The notes beneath the pieces are model-generated. The model did no database searches and was not told the DNA's origin. It saw only the letters and a program-made list of their open reading frames with translations. From NCBI GenBank assembly GCA_951406725.2, contig OX597814.1:102858001-102922000 (forward strand): 64,000 bases of DNA, given 5' to 3'. The stretch comes from Octopus vulgaris. Lineage: Eukaryota. The position numbers and the translations under genes are program-made. This document shows, piece after piece, positions 38,592 through 52,950 of this stretch (position 1 is the first letter of the stretch; every line of letters starts with the position of its first letter).

Positions 38592-40047
38592 GTATGTATA
38601 CCTATAAACCATTTCTTGAACATATTTACTTCTGTGCTACAATTTTCCAAAGTTGTATAATGTATTATGTTTGAAAGTAAAATTGTAGATTGATTTAAGG
38701 AAATCTCTTCCAAGAAATATTCTTAATTTTAATTTATTTGTACATAGAGTATTTTCAAGAGCAATATTTATAAATCTGCAAATGTGAAAAATACAGAAAG
38801 TCACTGTTCTAACTCTTTACTGCCATTGTAACATTTTCATAAAAAAAAAAATACTCAAATAGTTGTATTTAAGAATGTTGTAATAAATTCACATCACTTT
38901 TTCACACAAAATCTCATATTCATAAACCTTCTGGAACTTGCTCTATTGTTTTTCCCATTCCTTTATATTCATTGCAAACGTATGCTAATTTGATTCAAGA
39001 GTTCTCTTGAAATTATTTTTTATGTCAGTTCTTCACATTTTAATCATTTCTATTGTTTTTGACATGTTTTTAAGGTTCCACCTTGTAAATAATATAAAAA
39101 TCATTCATATTACATAATGAGAGCATCTTTGCAGCTGCTTGACCAACTAGAAATAGCAGCCAAGTGTATCTCACACTTTAAAAGAAAAACTGAAGGATAT
39201 ATTGCATAATGTAATCCTAGATAAACTATGCCTGCAAAAAAGATGTAATAATGATAACGAGAATGATTTTAATTTGGGCTGATTTGTGAATCACTAACAA
39301 CTTCAATTCTTAGGTGTTGTATATTTTAAAAGTATATGAGATTACTGTATAAAGTAATGTAAAGGTTGAAGAAAATATCTATAAACTGTATTACCATGGC
39401 ACTTTGAAATGATGAAACATGTTTCCAATTTGCATAGTGTTTACCTGAAATGTTTTATCTGATATGTATGGTGTCTGTAAATTCAAATCTTGGACTGTCG
39501 TATTTTATATGATGAAACACAAAATTAAAACTTTATTCTTAGAAGATTTTACACTTACTTCATATCTCTGTTAATCATGGAGTTATGCGGGTATTTTTCA
39601 AAATTGTTTAAATTTATGGAAAGGACTGTCCATAACCACCAAAAATGTTCTCAGACCAGTGAGATCAATGTTTGACCGCAAGAAGGAGCTCTGTTGATAG
39701 CATCCACAGGACTTCTTAGACCAGTGAAGTTGATGTTATTCTTGATGAACTACAGGAAAATCTGGAGTGGTGTGGGAATTTCAGAGAGGTGACATTCAGG
39801 CATGGAAAGATTGTGTATAGTTGTTAGTGGGACTTAGCAGATGAATAAGTTGGATAAGGGGTATGAGACAAGCTGGCTTTGAGGTGGAAAGGCCACAATA
39901 GTGTTGAAGAATTACTAGTTTATGAATTCTATTTCCTTTTGCTGAAATTTAACTTCAAACTTGAAAGGTTTTTCTGAATGGTTTGCCCAAAAGGTATTTG
40001 AAGCATCACCTTTCTTTTGCTGTTGGCATTGTTTCTATGTATTTCAG

Positions 40048-40155
40048 ATGTTGCTGCACCAGGTACAAACCACAGCAACAGAAGTAACATGAGCCACAGA
40101 CAAGCTCTTCAGTATAAAGATAAACGTCATGCTAGCGACAGTATTACAGCTATTT
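40048..40155 (+). CDS. BRAF: Candidate alternative (cassette) hinge exon
   Basis: tttcag| (N)VAAPGTNHSNRSNMSHRQALQYKDKRHASDSITAI |gtaaaa. 108 nt, phase 1-1, open frame, non-repetitive. The donor position is uncertain. Confidence 0.5.
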
Positions 40156-41499
40156 GTAAAATTTCTCCATTTTTCTCTTCCTTTATGTCCAGAGGTATAC
40201 ACTACTGCATGCTTCAGAGTGGTGTGAAGATTTGGTTTGCCCTTCCTTCAGATAATGTTTTCATTTCACCTAACCTTTTACTGTGACTTTAGAATAAAGT
40301 TGAAGCAAACTAATCATTTTATTATCACATTTCAGTAAATAATAGAGCCAGAGGTGTTTTACTAATATTTATTGTGAAACATGTATCCAGTTTATATCTT
40401 GATGTCTTCTTAAAATCACTGATGGTTAGAAATATTAGTCTTCATAACAAGAGTAACTCTCTCAAATTGCTTCTTGACTTTATTTCTCTACTGTGTTCAT
40501 CATGTGACATACTAGTTGATTGAGTTGTTATTTGAACTTATGAAACTTTATTTTAAGCAATCCCCCAGGCTACTCATTCAAATCCTAAATAAGAATTATG
40601 GACTTGTATCATAATTTGATACATTTGAATAAGTGAAAGCAATAGCACTGATACGTTTGTGAATGTCTTACATGAGTTTTTAAAGGTTATAAATTCATTT
40701 AGGAGACCCTTCGAAACATCCATGATTATTATAGTTCTGAAGTCTGCCATTCAAGTTTTATTTGTATAGAGTATTTCTTTGCTCAAATTAAATCCATTTG
40801 ATAAAATGGATTAATCATTCATTATATTTGTTTTATCAATTTTTTAAAAATTACCAAGCTATAAAATTTTGTTTTAGCAGTACAGTGTCTCTTCATTATG
40901 GTACATAGTGTTTGGTATCTAATCAAAATATGAAGGTCTCAGATTCTATAATAACCTCTGAACTGTTCCCAAGACAAAATTGATTAACCTTTTGCCTATC
41001 AGCTGATTTTGTGACTGGTGCATTAACAGCGTTTTGCTCCAAGGTAATATTGTAATACAGAATATACCTATAGAGTTGCTGTATCTCAGATGTAAACACT
41101 TTGCATACAAAATAGTTTTGTGGACAGAAAAAAAAATTAGAAGAAAAGCTAACTATAAAAAATATTTAACAAATTAGATGCAAATTTGTAGACACCTTCA
41201 TATTATTATTTGGCTATTTGCTTTTCCAAGCTAGCATGAGTATGATGGGGATTTGTTTGAGGCAGGATTTTATGACTGGAAACCCTTCCTGCCACTGTGT
41301 GTTTTTCAAGGGTTTTTTTTTTATACCATAGTGCAGAGTTACAGGTCATAATATCAGTGAAGAATGTCAACATCAACAGTGTGTGTGTGTGTGTGTGTAT
41401 TTTCTGTCTATTGAATTCATTTTTACGGCCATTTTTCTCTCCTACACATAAGATGATGAAGCCATCAAACTAAAACCATTCCTTTGTCTGCCCACATGA

Positions 41500-42700
41500 T
41501 TTGCAAACATTTCACTGAAGCAAAAAATTAACTCGAAAACTTGTGAGCCTTACAAATCAATGAAAGTACAGACATGGGTTTTAAAAGCTCAACTAATTTC
41601 ATTTCTGTGAATCATCAGAGGTGGTAAAATCATAAGTCAATTTTTCTTTTGAGAATTGAAGGAAAGAATGACAAGAGGAGATGGTCTTTAACCTGGTAAA
41701 CCAAAATGTTACATTGAGAGGGATGCAGTAGCAAACTTATATTAGTGTTTGCACTGATGGCATTCCATCCATGCAGGGTTGAGAAAAAGGCTTTGTTGCT
41801 CATGTGTTACAAAAAAATTCACAAGTTAAAATTGTACATTGCATGATTCACCACAGAGTATTGGGTGTCAAAATCTCTACCTGATGGTCACCTGAAGACA
41901 ATAGACAACATTGTCAAAGTAGTGAATTACATAAAATTGCATTCCTATGGCGCAGACTTTTGCATCTCTATGTGAAACTATGGATTCTGATTTTAAGTGT
42001 TTAATGTTTCATACAGATGTGCAATGTCTCTCGAAAGGAAAAATGCTCTTTTGATTTATTAATGATGATAATTGGTGGCTGGAAGTAGCATTTCTCAATG
42101 ATGTTAAATTTGAGTCTGCAAGGAGTGAACAAAAATTTTACAATTAAAGTCTTTCACTGACAGGTTAGAACTGTGGATAAGGAAAGTTCAAATCTCACAG
42201 CTTGATTACTTCCCAGGTGTAGAGTCTTTTCCAAACAAATTCAAAATTTTGTCACACATGCAGAAGATAGAAAACAACCTCTTTGTATCGTTTTCTAAGT
42301 ATTTTCCTTCACTTGTTTATCAAATGTGCGAGTAGGTCATCAATCCTTTCACAAGATACAACAGTACACACCTGCCATAAACATTAACAGAAGAAAATTT
42401 AATCGACTTGGGAAATGATTCTGTGTACAAAGCCTCATTTTCTGTGCTAGAATTGTCAGAATTTTGGATTTTGCTTTGAAGCCAATATCCTCGGTTAGCT
42501 ACTACATCCGTTAAATCTCTGTTACCCTTTGGAACTTCGTATCTTTGCGAATTAGGTATCTCTGTGCTTATGGAAATTAACTAAAATAATATAGGAACAA
42601 TTACAGATGGTAGATGAGGGGTTACATATTTGTTCTATCTAGAGTCGTGTTTTGACAAAATTCTTTCTCAAAATCAATTGTATCCTTCTCACTAATACTT
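41500..42700 (+). mobile_element. Decayed hAT (Buster/Charlie-like) transposase
   Basis: VCTDGIPSMQG, IVHCMIHH, HTDVQCLSKGK and LPFGTSYLCELGIS remnants with many stops. Confidence 0.85.
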
Positions 42701-42719
42701 GTATTATATTACCTATATA

Positions 42720-44845
42720 TCATTATCATCATTGTTTTTAACATCCGCTTTCCATGCTGGCATGGGTTGGATGGTTTAACTAAGGACTAGCAAGCTGGGA
42801 GGTTGCACCAGACTCCAACCTCATCTTGCAAGGTTTCTACCGCTGGATGCCTTTCCTAACGCCAACTACTCCAAGAATGTAGTGGGTGCTTTTTACATGC
42901 TACTGGCACAGGGGCCAGTCAGGAAGTACTGGCATCGACCATGCTTGAATGGTGCTTTTTATGTGCCAATCAGGCATTGGCCACAACAACAATTTCACTT
43001 GACTCAACAAGTCTTCTCAAAGCACGGCATATTGCCCGACGATTGAAGGGTACTCTTAAATGGATTGGTTATGCAACACTGACATAGGCCATGGCTATGA
43101 TCTCACTTAGCTTGCTGGGTCTTCTCAAGCACAGCATATCTCCAAAGGTCTCGGAGATATGTTACCTTGCTTCTGTGAGGCCCAACGTTTGAAGGTCGTG
43201 CTTCAGCACCTCATCCCAAGTCTTCCTGGGTCTACCTCTTCCACAAGTTCCCTCCACTCTTAGAGTGTGACACTTCTTCACACAGCTGTCCTCATCCATA
43301 CACAACACATGATCATACCAGCGCAGTTGTCTCTCTTGCCTCTTATGTCCAACTTTTCTCTTGGGGCACTTACACTCTGTCATATATGCACACTGACATT
43401 ACACATCCAGCAGAGCCTACTAGCTTCATTTCTTTCAAGCTTACATGTCCTCAGCAGTCACAGCCTATGTTTCACTGCCATGTAGCATGGCTGTTTGCAC
43501 ACATGCATCATACAGTCTAGCTTTTACTCTGAGCAAGAGACCCTTTGTTACCAGCAGAGGTGGGAGCTCTCTGAACTTTGCCCAGGCTGTTCTTATTCTA
43601 GCAGCTACACTCTCAGAGCAACCACCCCCGCTACTGACTTGGTCACCTAGGTAAGAGAAGCTGTTTTCTGCACATTTTCAGTGTTTATTGTCCCTGTGCA
43701 TTTGTCACACACAAATACTATCTTTCCAGTTACCCATCTTTTGATATTGCTGCACCTCTTATGTGTCCATAGCTTACACTGGAGACATCTTATGGAATTT
43801 CTACCTACACCTTTTCTACAGGTCGAGCAGGGCCATCTACCTGAAGAGATTTGTGATTTGTCTGCCTTCCTACATTGGTTTTTGCTAGATTGACTCTAAG
43901 GCCCTTCAATTCTAGACCTTACTTCCACACCTGCAATTTCTCTAGCTCTGGTAGTGAGTCAGCTATTAGAGTAAAATCATCAGCATAGAGGAGCTCCCAG
44001 GGGCATCCTGTCTTGAATTCCTCTATTATTGCCTGGAGGACTGTGATGAATAAGAGGAGGGTGACTGATCTTTGGTGAACCCCTACTCCTACCCGGAATT
44101 CTTCACTAGGTGCCAACTGTCACCTTACAACATCCCTGTACATGGCTTGTACAGCTCTCACCAACCACTTATCTATCCCTAGTTTCCACATTGAACACCA
44201 GATAAGGGATCAGGGGGGAGCCTGTCAACAGGTTTCTCCATATCAATGAAAGCCAAGTACAGAGGTTTATCTTTGACTTAGAATTTCTCCTGCAGCTGTC
44301 TTACCAGAAATATAGCATCAATAGTGCTTCTCTCTGGCACAAACCCAAACTGCATCTCGTCTAAACTAATTCCCTCTCTAATTAGTTGGGCTCTGCCTCT
44401 CTCTTTAACTTTCATCACCTGATCCAACAATTTGATGACTATAGTGTAATTATTAGCAGTTGACTATGGTGCTGCTACACCAGTCATTGGGTATGACTCC
44501 TTCATGTATCACCTGGTTGACTATACAGGTGACTAGACTATAGCTTACACAGCCAGATATTTAAAGCACCTCTGCAGTGATTTCTGATGGGCCAGGGACT
44601 TTCCCTGTCTTCATACCCTTAATTACTTTATCTACCAAGCTACTGTCAATTCAGATAGCTGGTCCCTCTGTTGGGTTGATATTTTACAAACTCTCTTTCT
44701 CCCGTTCATTCTTTTCATTTAGCAACCTTTCATAGTGGCGTCTCCAAGTCTCTCTCCTTGCAGCATCATTATATGCAAGTGAGCCATCATCCATGTGGAC
44801 ACATTTCTCTCCTATGACATCACAATTCTTTCTCACACACCCTAG
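42720..44845 (-). mobile_element. RTE LINE, ~2.1-kb 3' portion
   Basis: VGVGVHQ..EEFKTGCPWELLYADD and RQLRWYDHV..GRGRPRKTWDEV, followed by the UTR repeat and tail. Confidence 0.92.
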
Positions 44846-44934
44846 AAAATAAACTGAAAAACAAACCCTGCATCACTTCTAACTTCTTTTTCTTTATTAT
44901 TAGTGTGTGTATGTATACACACACACACACTCAA

Positions 44935-45680
44935 GGTGCATGCATTCCAGAAGTTTTGTGACTTTTTCAGGAGAGACATTTATTATTTTCAAATAAATAC
45001 AAAACTCTAATGTCCTTCAAAATAGGATCCTCTGACTTCAATGCACCTGTTATGGTGCTCCAGTCACTTCATGAAAGCCCCATGGAAATCCTCTAAAGTG
45101 AAGGTGTCCAGGACCCTTGTCACAGCCTCCTTCTTCTTGAAAATGACTGACCTCGAGGTTGTCCTTCAGTTTGTTGAGCAACAAAAAAGGTCACTGGGAG
45201 CAAGATCTGGACTGTGGGAAATGATGAGAGGCAGTTTTGATTGCTTGTCTCTGTCAAGTGGTTGGTTACCAGGATGTTCATCACAGAACAATCTGAGAAC
45301 AAACTTATCACATCTTCCTGAATAATCCTGTATACAGTTGCCACACCAACTCCCAAACTATATGCTTATTATCTTTATAGACTCCTGATGAACTTCATTC
45401 AGAAAATAGATTTCCCCAACTACCTATGATGTTCTGGTGTCCTTTCCTTTGCACACCTCTCATTGTCTCACCTTCTCTCTATCATCTTCAAACTTCTTGT
45501 GTTAGCAAAAAAGTTAATGCATAAACTAAACAGTCTAGAGCATTTCGTAAGTTTCTATTGCATTTTCGCCCAGTTTAACACAAGACTTTTTTGCATAGCA
45601 AGCTTCCAAACATCCTGACTGCATTCTACAAACTAGTCAGCTGTGACAAGCTGTTTAGTAGGATGTGTTCAAAGTGTTGT
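44935..45680 (-). mobile_element. Mariner-like transposon remnant
   Basis: Minus-strand HSPDLAPSDLF near 45190-45220 and an HTH-like LGVGVATVYRII. Boundaries are approximate. Confidence 0.65.
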
Positions 45681-45779
45681 TACAGCCATCTCCTTCATTC
45701 TGGTTCAGCAAAAGTGGGGCTGAACTCAAACCTATCTGGTTGTAAAGGAAACTTCTCAAGCAGCCATGCCTGTTCTCTG

Positions 45780-46445
45780 AGTGTGGTGTGCCCATTGTAA
45801 ACAATATACATACAAAAGATGATGTGGGATCATTGGCAGGCTAATAGGGAAGGTAGATTTCATATGCAGCAGGTGCTCCAGAGCAATAAGCACTAAAAGT
45901 GCTTAGGAAGCTGATTTCCTTAGCTGCCCATACAGTTCCACAGAAGCAGTTCAAAGCTTTTGTTTCCAGGTGATTTAATTAGCATTGAGGCCAACTGTTC
46001 TAAAAGTGTTGTAGCTATAACAAGAACAGCTTGGATAAAGTTCAGGGCACTGTTACCTGGGCAACAAAGGGTTTTCCTTGAAAGACGAGGGCAACTTGTA
46101 TGATGCTTGTGTGCGAAGTACAGTGCAGTATAGCAGTGAAATGTGAAGGACCTGCAAAGACTAGAAAGAAATAAGGCAAGCATGCTTCGCTGTCTTGCGT
46201 TAGTGTATGTGAATGACAAAATGTAAATGAAATGAGAGGGGAAAGAAGATGGCAAGGGCACATAATGACGTCTGCATAAGCAAATGCTTATGAATGTTCA
46301 AATTGAGTGCTACCTGTGGAAAAAAGGAGATTGAAGAATACTTGAGAAGAGGTGGTGAAAATGACCTGAAGTTATTACATGTGATAAAAGAGATGAGAGA
46401 GGACTTTCATCTGATGGTAGGCAGTGCTGCAGAAGACCCTGACTC
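45780..46445 (+). mobile_element. Old RTE LINE 3' fragment
   Basis: Diverged match to the other RTE copies (RTAWIKFRALL, LYDACV). Confidence 0.7.
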
Positions 46446-49224
46446 CTGTGCAAGCTTAGCAAAATGCTATGAAATAATAGGACAGTGCATGCACATTCCC
46501 AGCTACTGTTCAGTGCATGCACCCCTCTGCCTATCCTATTATCTTCCACATCTCCTCAACATCACTTTTCGTATGACTACATCTCCCCATCACTATTGTG
46601 ATGGCCTTTGCTAATGTGAATTACCTAATTGCATACTTACTGTGTCATCAGCATTACTTATACTAAATATTACTCACTTATTCTTCCATACAATAGCAGT
46701 TCTCTTGCTGCAAAATCTTGTCTTTCAGTTGAACGTCATCATTAATCTCACTAGATCGAAAAGAGTTAATTCTATCTGCCTTGTCTCCTCTCACTAAGCA
46801 ACACAAAACTAAGTCATTTTTAATTGAAGAGCAACAAATTGTTTTTAGAAATTAGAATTTCATTTCTAAATATATGATTGAAATTGTTGCGCAAACACTG
46901 AGATGTGAGAAAGTACGATTATATTACCCATGTAGAATGTGTATCGAGGGACATAGAACACATCCAGCAGGTGATAGGAATGGAAATTATTTCAATTCCT
47001 TTGGGTTTTAGAGGTCATGTATGGTGGGTGTAGTTTTGTTGTTATACATAGGTTGGCTATTTAAAGAAAGAGACAAGATTAAATTGATTAAAATTCTGTG
47101 TTAGCTGAAATTATATGTTAATAATAATTTTACCAATAAAAGCATCTATTATAAATGATTATTATTAGTAATTGATTAAATAAAGGTTTTGTCTTCACAA
47201 ACTAATTTCCTAGTCTTTAAATTACCATAATATTTTTATGTATAAAGTTTTAAATTTGTCTTTACTGCTGCTGCTATATGCATATTGGTTATCATCAACA
47301 TAATGTTTGCTGAAAGCTGTAAATATTTATTAGAGAATGATAAATCATCACATTTGACAAATAAAACTAAATAATTTGCAAACCAAATAAAACTAATAAT
47401 TTGCAAACTAAATCCAAAAACGAAATATAATAAGCTTTAGTCAAGCTAGCAAGACATTGAGAAACACCATGTTCTGCTGTCTGAAAATAAGTGGAAATTT
47501 TACCGGTGAGTGTGTTAAATAATAAGGCACTAAAAGAGAATGACTCTCCCCAGACACAACAGAATATGCTTCAACACACGAACTCATATAAAGAATCTTG
47601 CAAACCAAATCCAAAAACGAAATATAAATAATGACTATTTTATGGTATTATCATAGAGTTAAGTTTAATGAAAGACATAATCTGATCAAGAATATGATAT
47701 ATAAAACTTTTTATTTAGAGTTTCTTTCAACCTCAGATATTTAAAAATGGACTTAAATAGTGAAAATTCATTGTTGATTGGTATTATTTAGGTATTTTCC
47801 CCAGGATTAGAATTTAAACATTTAAGAAGAAAACATTGCCCATTTTAAAGCCAACTCCTACAACTTAAATTAATGATTCAACTAAAATATTAACCTTTGT
47901 CAAATTAACTGCATTCGTTTTGAATTAAGGTTGAACCCACTTCATATGGGTAAGGGATTTACTCTAAATTTTTTCAATGACCCAAGTTACTAGAGGATGT
48001 AACTGATGTATAATTACATTGTCCTTATTTATTGCCTATAGGTCATTATTTGTTTTATATTTGCTTTCCATGCTGTCAATACTTAAAACAGGTTGTCACA
48101 GTGTGAATCACTTATTTAGAATTACTGCCCTCGAAATTGAGTTGAGGACTGCTACTTCTCACTCATATGTTCCATGTTTGGAACTGTTCTATAGCTAGAT
48201 ACCCTTCCTAATATGTACTGGATGTATTTTATCTATTTTATCCTAGCACCAGAAAGGTTATCATGTCCTCAGCTAAATAAGTAAATTGGTTTTCACTAAT
48301 TTTTGTGTTTACTTAGCAGCTAATCCTTATTTGAAATCCTTCTAGTTCAACTTTAGAAATGGAGATGAATTTACAACAGTTCAAACCCTTTAATCTATAT
48401 TGTTGTTTGTTGTTGTTTAATAATTTCACTAACCTTGAACCTGAGTGGATTGTATTGACTTTTTCTTTGTTTTTTTTTTTATTTAAATGAAAAATCAATA
48501 TTGTAAAATGTCCAAGAATTGTTTGTTCAACTGAATCACTATCCTCATTCTACAGAGTTATAAATTAATTATTGTACAGGGTTTTTTTTTTTGAATTTGT
48601 GTGTGTGTGTTGTTTTGTATATATATCATCCTCATTGTAAATGTTCACTTTTCTATGCTTGCATGGGTTTCACACAAACACCCAATACATGGAGTACAAT
48701 TAATGGAGTTTCATATCCATAACATGTACGTGATCAGTCAGACAATATATGGTGAATCATGTATTGTCTTCTCTGTGCATTGTTCATTTGTTTGTTTTTG
48801 TATGCCAGCCACAGCTTCGACAGAGAAAGATTGAAGGCAGGATTTTTACAACTGGATGGTCTTCCTGCCACTAATCCTTATTTTTTCAAGTAAGGTTGTT
48901 TTTTTTTTTATTCCAGAGAAATTTAAAAACACAGAGCTAAACTAATAATTTGTTGGCAAGAAATGTTAATAAACATCATCAGTTGCAGCTAAATTACAAA
49001 ACAGGGGTTTCGCTGTTTATAGCTGTGGCTCGGGGCAGATTGTAAACAATTATAAACATTCATGTACTCACATAGGCATGTATGGCAATTCACAGTATAT
49101 ATTTGTCTCACTAATCAGTACACATAAAACTCTGAGCAACAATGGGGTAATCCTCACCAATTGATTACTCACACACACATATATGCGTATAACACACGTG
49201 TGTGTGTTATATGTATAAAGTGTA

Positions 49225-49585
49225 AATATGGCTGTATGGTTGAGAAGCTTTCTTTCTAATCACAATCTCGGTTCAGTCCTACTGCATAACACTTTGGGCA
49301 AGTGTCTTCTTCAATAGCCCCAGGCCCAGATGGAAATTGTGTGTATGTGTGCGCTCTTGTCTTGGTATCATATTATGGTTGTAAAAGAACTTCACCATCA
49401 TACAGTGGATATTGTTCATTTCCATTCTTCTGTGTGAAACACATCAGGTCATTGGAGAATATTACCTCACCTGGAAACAGGTGAGGATTGGGAACAGAAA
49501 GGACATTCAGCCATAGAAAAGTTGCCTCAACAAATTCTGCCTGATTCGTGCAAGCAAAAGTGAACATTAAACAATATTGATGATA
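49225..49585 (+). mobile_element. tRNA-derived SINE (decayed)
   Basis: tggctgtatgg and ggttcagtcct boxes, followed by ttgggcaagtgtcttct. Confidence 0.75.
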
Positions 49586-49593
49586 TATATATA

Positions 49594-49645
<52 letters not shown>

Positions 49646-49654
49646 TTACTTAGA

Positions 49655-50130
49655 CTTAAGTTATTCCATGTTGTGAGGCACACAAAGGCAGCAAGGATTG
49701 ATCTGCCATTTTCCCTGTCGTTGCTGTTTTTGTGTACCAGGTGGTAGGCAGGTGCAAAATGTGACCTGCCAAGTATAACTGACATGGCTCCGTGATGTGA
49801 TGCAATGATAGGAACTTGCTCCATCGGAGGATTTCCTCATTTGTAAACAGCAAACAAGTTGTGGAAGACCTGGGCAATTTCTTCTACCCAAGAAGTGTCA
49901 TCAGCAATGATGGAAGCACAGAAAGTGATGTAAACAATGGAATTGATAAAGCAGGGGCCATATTGCAGCCTATACACCGAACCTGAATAATAACAAAACA
50001 TCAATTCTAACATAAACGTCCAGTTTTTTGGGGTGATAGTCTTGCTTGTGGTTTTGTATGGTTGAGAATTTTCACCAATAAAGATAGCCAAGAAGCTAGA
50101 AGTCCAATCAAATCTATAAAAGATCTTCAA
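49655..50130. mobile_element. Rearranged RTE-clade LINE fragments of a second family
   Basis: Minus-strand NEEILRW..LYLAGHILHLP, resembling an RTE C-terminus. The adjacent part appears to be in the opposite orientation. Confidence 0.55.
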
Positions 50131-50803
50131 AAGTTACTTTGAGATAGATCACACACATCCATGATTCATTCACATATAGAGATATGGATATTGGATATCT
50201 TGTGAGCTTGAGTGTACAAAGAGATGTATGACAGCAACTGTTGAGTCTCCTGTAGATAATCATCATCCAGTCTGCTTCCAGTATAGTGCTTTAGCTACTA
50301 CTATACTTAATAGTGCTACTAGTTAGGAAATGCAGAGCAAATGTAGTAGAAATGACAATAAACACAAGTTTATATCATTTGTTCCTACATGTGTTTCGTT
50401 GGAACTCAGCATTGAATGTTCCGGGTGCTGGTGGATGCTTAACCATAATGGATTGTCAAAGGAACACTTTATTGCATTATGTGTAAAGCTTTACATGAAA
50501 ATTTTCTGAGGTAAAAAAAAAAAAAAATCATGCAATTTATTTTGTAACAAAATATATTTGGGGAATTCTGGAATGCTTAAAATAGTCTTCTTTAGAAATA
50601 TGTTCATTTTGAAAATGATACTAATTCTTCTTTGATCAAGAAACTAATTACTCAAAATGTATCACCTCTACTATTTCTATGGCAAATGTTTGTAATATTT
50701 TAAGATAATTTGGTGTGTGTGTGTGTGCATTTTTTTTTTTTTTAAGAACTGCTCTCTTGATATAATTTTAATACTGATTTTCAGATATTTATTTTCTTTT
50801 CAG

Positions 50804-50964
50804 GTCACAACACTAATTGTTTGGCTCCACCTAACTCTGGTTCAAGCCACAGTCAGGGAAATAGTCCAACTAAAATCCACAGTGCAAGGGGTTCACCTAC
50901 CAACCAATCTGAACAAATGCGGCCACGTGCAAAATCAGTAGAATCAGAGCTAGGACAACATGTG
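50804..50964 (+). CDS. BRAF: RAF kinase hinge exon (RPRAKS motif)
   Basis: tttcag| HNTNCLAPPNSGSSHSQGNSPTKIHSARGSPTNQSEQMRPRAKSVESELGQHV |gtagat. SP sites and an RPRAKS motif as in invertebrate Raf. Phase 1-0. Confidence 0.88.
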
Positions 50965-51090
50965 GTAGATAATTTATGACATCTGTTTGAAATCCATTTA
51001 TAAATTAGTTTTATAAACAAGCTCCTACTTCCAAAGTCTCATACTGTTTATTTGATCTTTACATATTTTGTCTTATTTTCTAATCTATAG

Positions 51091-51287
51091 CGACTACGAC
51101 GAGATTCAAATGAAGAATGGGAACTTCCTGACAAAGAAATTATATTAATTCGTCGAATTGGTTCAGGATCATTTGGAACAGTATTTTGTGGTCACTGGCA
51201 TGGGCCTGTTGCTGTGAAAAAGCTGAATGTAGTTCATCCAACACCTGCGCAATTAGAAGCTTTCAAAAATGAAGTTGCTGTCTTAAA
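51091..51287 (+). CDS. BRAF: RAF kinase exon: NtA region, Gly-rich loop, VAVK, alphaC
   Basis: ctatag| [65 protein letters not shown](K) |gtacat. Phase 0-2. Confidence 0.97.
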
Positions 51288-51679
51288 GTACATATCTTCT
51301 TTCTTCTTTCAGTCTTAAGTTGGGAGAGTTATTCATTTTAGTTTTTAATGTGATCTTTATATTTAGAAGATAATATTACAGGGTTTATTTCTATATTTTC
51401 TCATATCATATATTGCTTTGTATATATGTAGATGTAAATCTCTCTTTCCACACATACAGCTATTCTGCAGATCCCTTTCACTTAGATCACTTGACAATTA
51501 TTTTATACTCATCGTCACATGCAGAGATCAGAGAATGCAACCATCTTGCTCATACATTAAAATAGATTTCCTCTTCTACTCAGTATTTTTCTCTCTGTTT
51601 ATTTGTACTTTGTTGTTCATATACACTAACACTTCAAATCCAGTAGAGCATGTTCAACTCATTTCTCTCTAGCTGTCAC

Positions 51680-52950
51680 ACTTTTCACTCATTTGTTATG
51701 TTTTGTTACCAAACACATACAGTCTGCCTTTCTCTTGAAGACATGAATCTCTTGGCTGTCACTAGGGTGATAGTTCCTTGAACTTTTTCCATTACAACCT
51801 TATTCCATCTCCCGCCTCTTTTAATTATGATTCCTATATAACAGCAGCTATCAACTGCTCTGAGGAAACCTTTTGGACTTTTAAAAGAATTTGATTCAAA
51901 GGTATTTTTGGTGCTTACTACTCTTGTGCATCTACTTCATATGAAGTTCTCCTATGTCAGCCTGCCTGTGGTACCCCTGCATTTCTTATTCACCCTTTGT
52001 TTACATTGGATACACTGTATAGCATTCTGATCTACTCTTTTCTACATGTGGAGTATGGTCACTTTCTAAATAGCACTGGGCTCTTGTTTTCTTTGCTGCT
52101 AAAACGTTTGTCTTTGGTTTACTCTAAATTATCATGTATCTGGACTTACTTCCATTTTGAAATCTCTTCTCTAATGCTCCAACATAACTCTCAGTTATGA
52201 GAACTAGGTCATTGGTACAGGTAGTCTGTCATTAACTTCTCTATAATGGCCTGAAGAACTATCATAAATAGGAGCAAGTTTAGAACTGAGCCATGATATA
52301 CACCTTGCATGCAAAATTCACCACTGATCTCATACCTTGTACATAATTCTCATAAACCATTCATCTGCATGTAATTTTCTTAGCAAACACCACATTACAG
52401 GGTATGATATTTTGTTAAAGGCCTTCTCCTGGTTGATGGATGTTAGGTACTGGCTTACTTTTTGCTGAAAATGTCACTTGTCTCACCAGGAAGAAGGCAT
52501 TAGTGATATCCTGTACAAACACATAACTGTCTTGCTTTTCATCAAAGCCAATTCTTCTTAATTCCTTGTGCTGTAACTCTTTCTGCCACTGCCATAATCT
52601 TGTCCATCTGTTTAATACATCTATAGTTGCTTTTTTCTGAAGCATCTCCTTTGCCATTGTAACAGCTGTTGATACTATTATGCCCAGTCATTGGATAAAA
52701 CACTTCCCTGCACCACTTGATTATCTATGCAAGTCACCAGCACATGGACCAGCTGTTTTCCCTGTCTTCATATCTCTTTAATAGCCATTTCGACTGTATA
52801 GCTTACCCTCTGTTGGGTTACATGATGTGGTCTTTCTCTCATGCAATCCCCTCATTTAGCATCATTTCAAAGTTGCATTCCATTCCTCATTCTCTTTGGC
52901 GTCTGTAAAAACAAGTGAACCATTATCATTATAAACACACCTCTCACCAC
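51680..52950 (-). mobile_element. Old RTE LINE RT fragment
   Basis: NAFFLVRQV, VYHGSVLNLLLFMIVLQAIIE and related remnants. Confidence 0.7.

Noticed and set aside
47355-47630. Short local duplications (ttgcaaaccaaatccaaaaacgaaatataa), similar to 5420-5470
   Set aside because: Probably fragments of another dispersed repeat; no termini or function can be supported.
50380-50440. Additional hammerhead candidate (minus-strand cGAAACacatGTA with a ggaac/gttcc stem)
   Set aside because: No CUGANGA-like box upstream of the stem.
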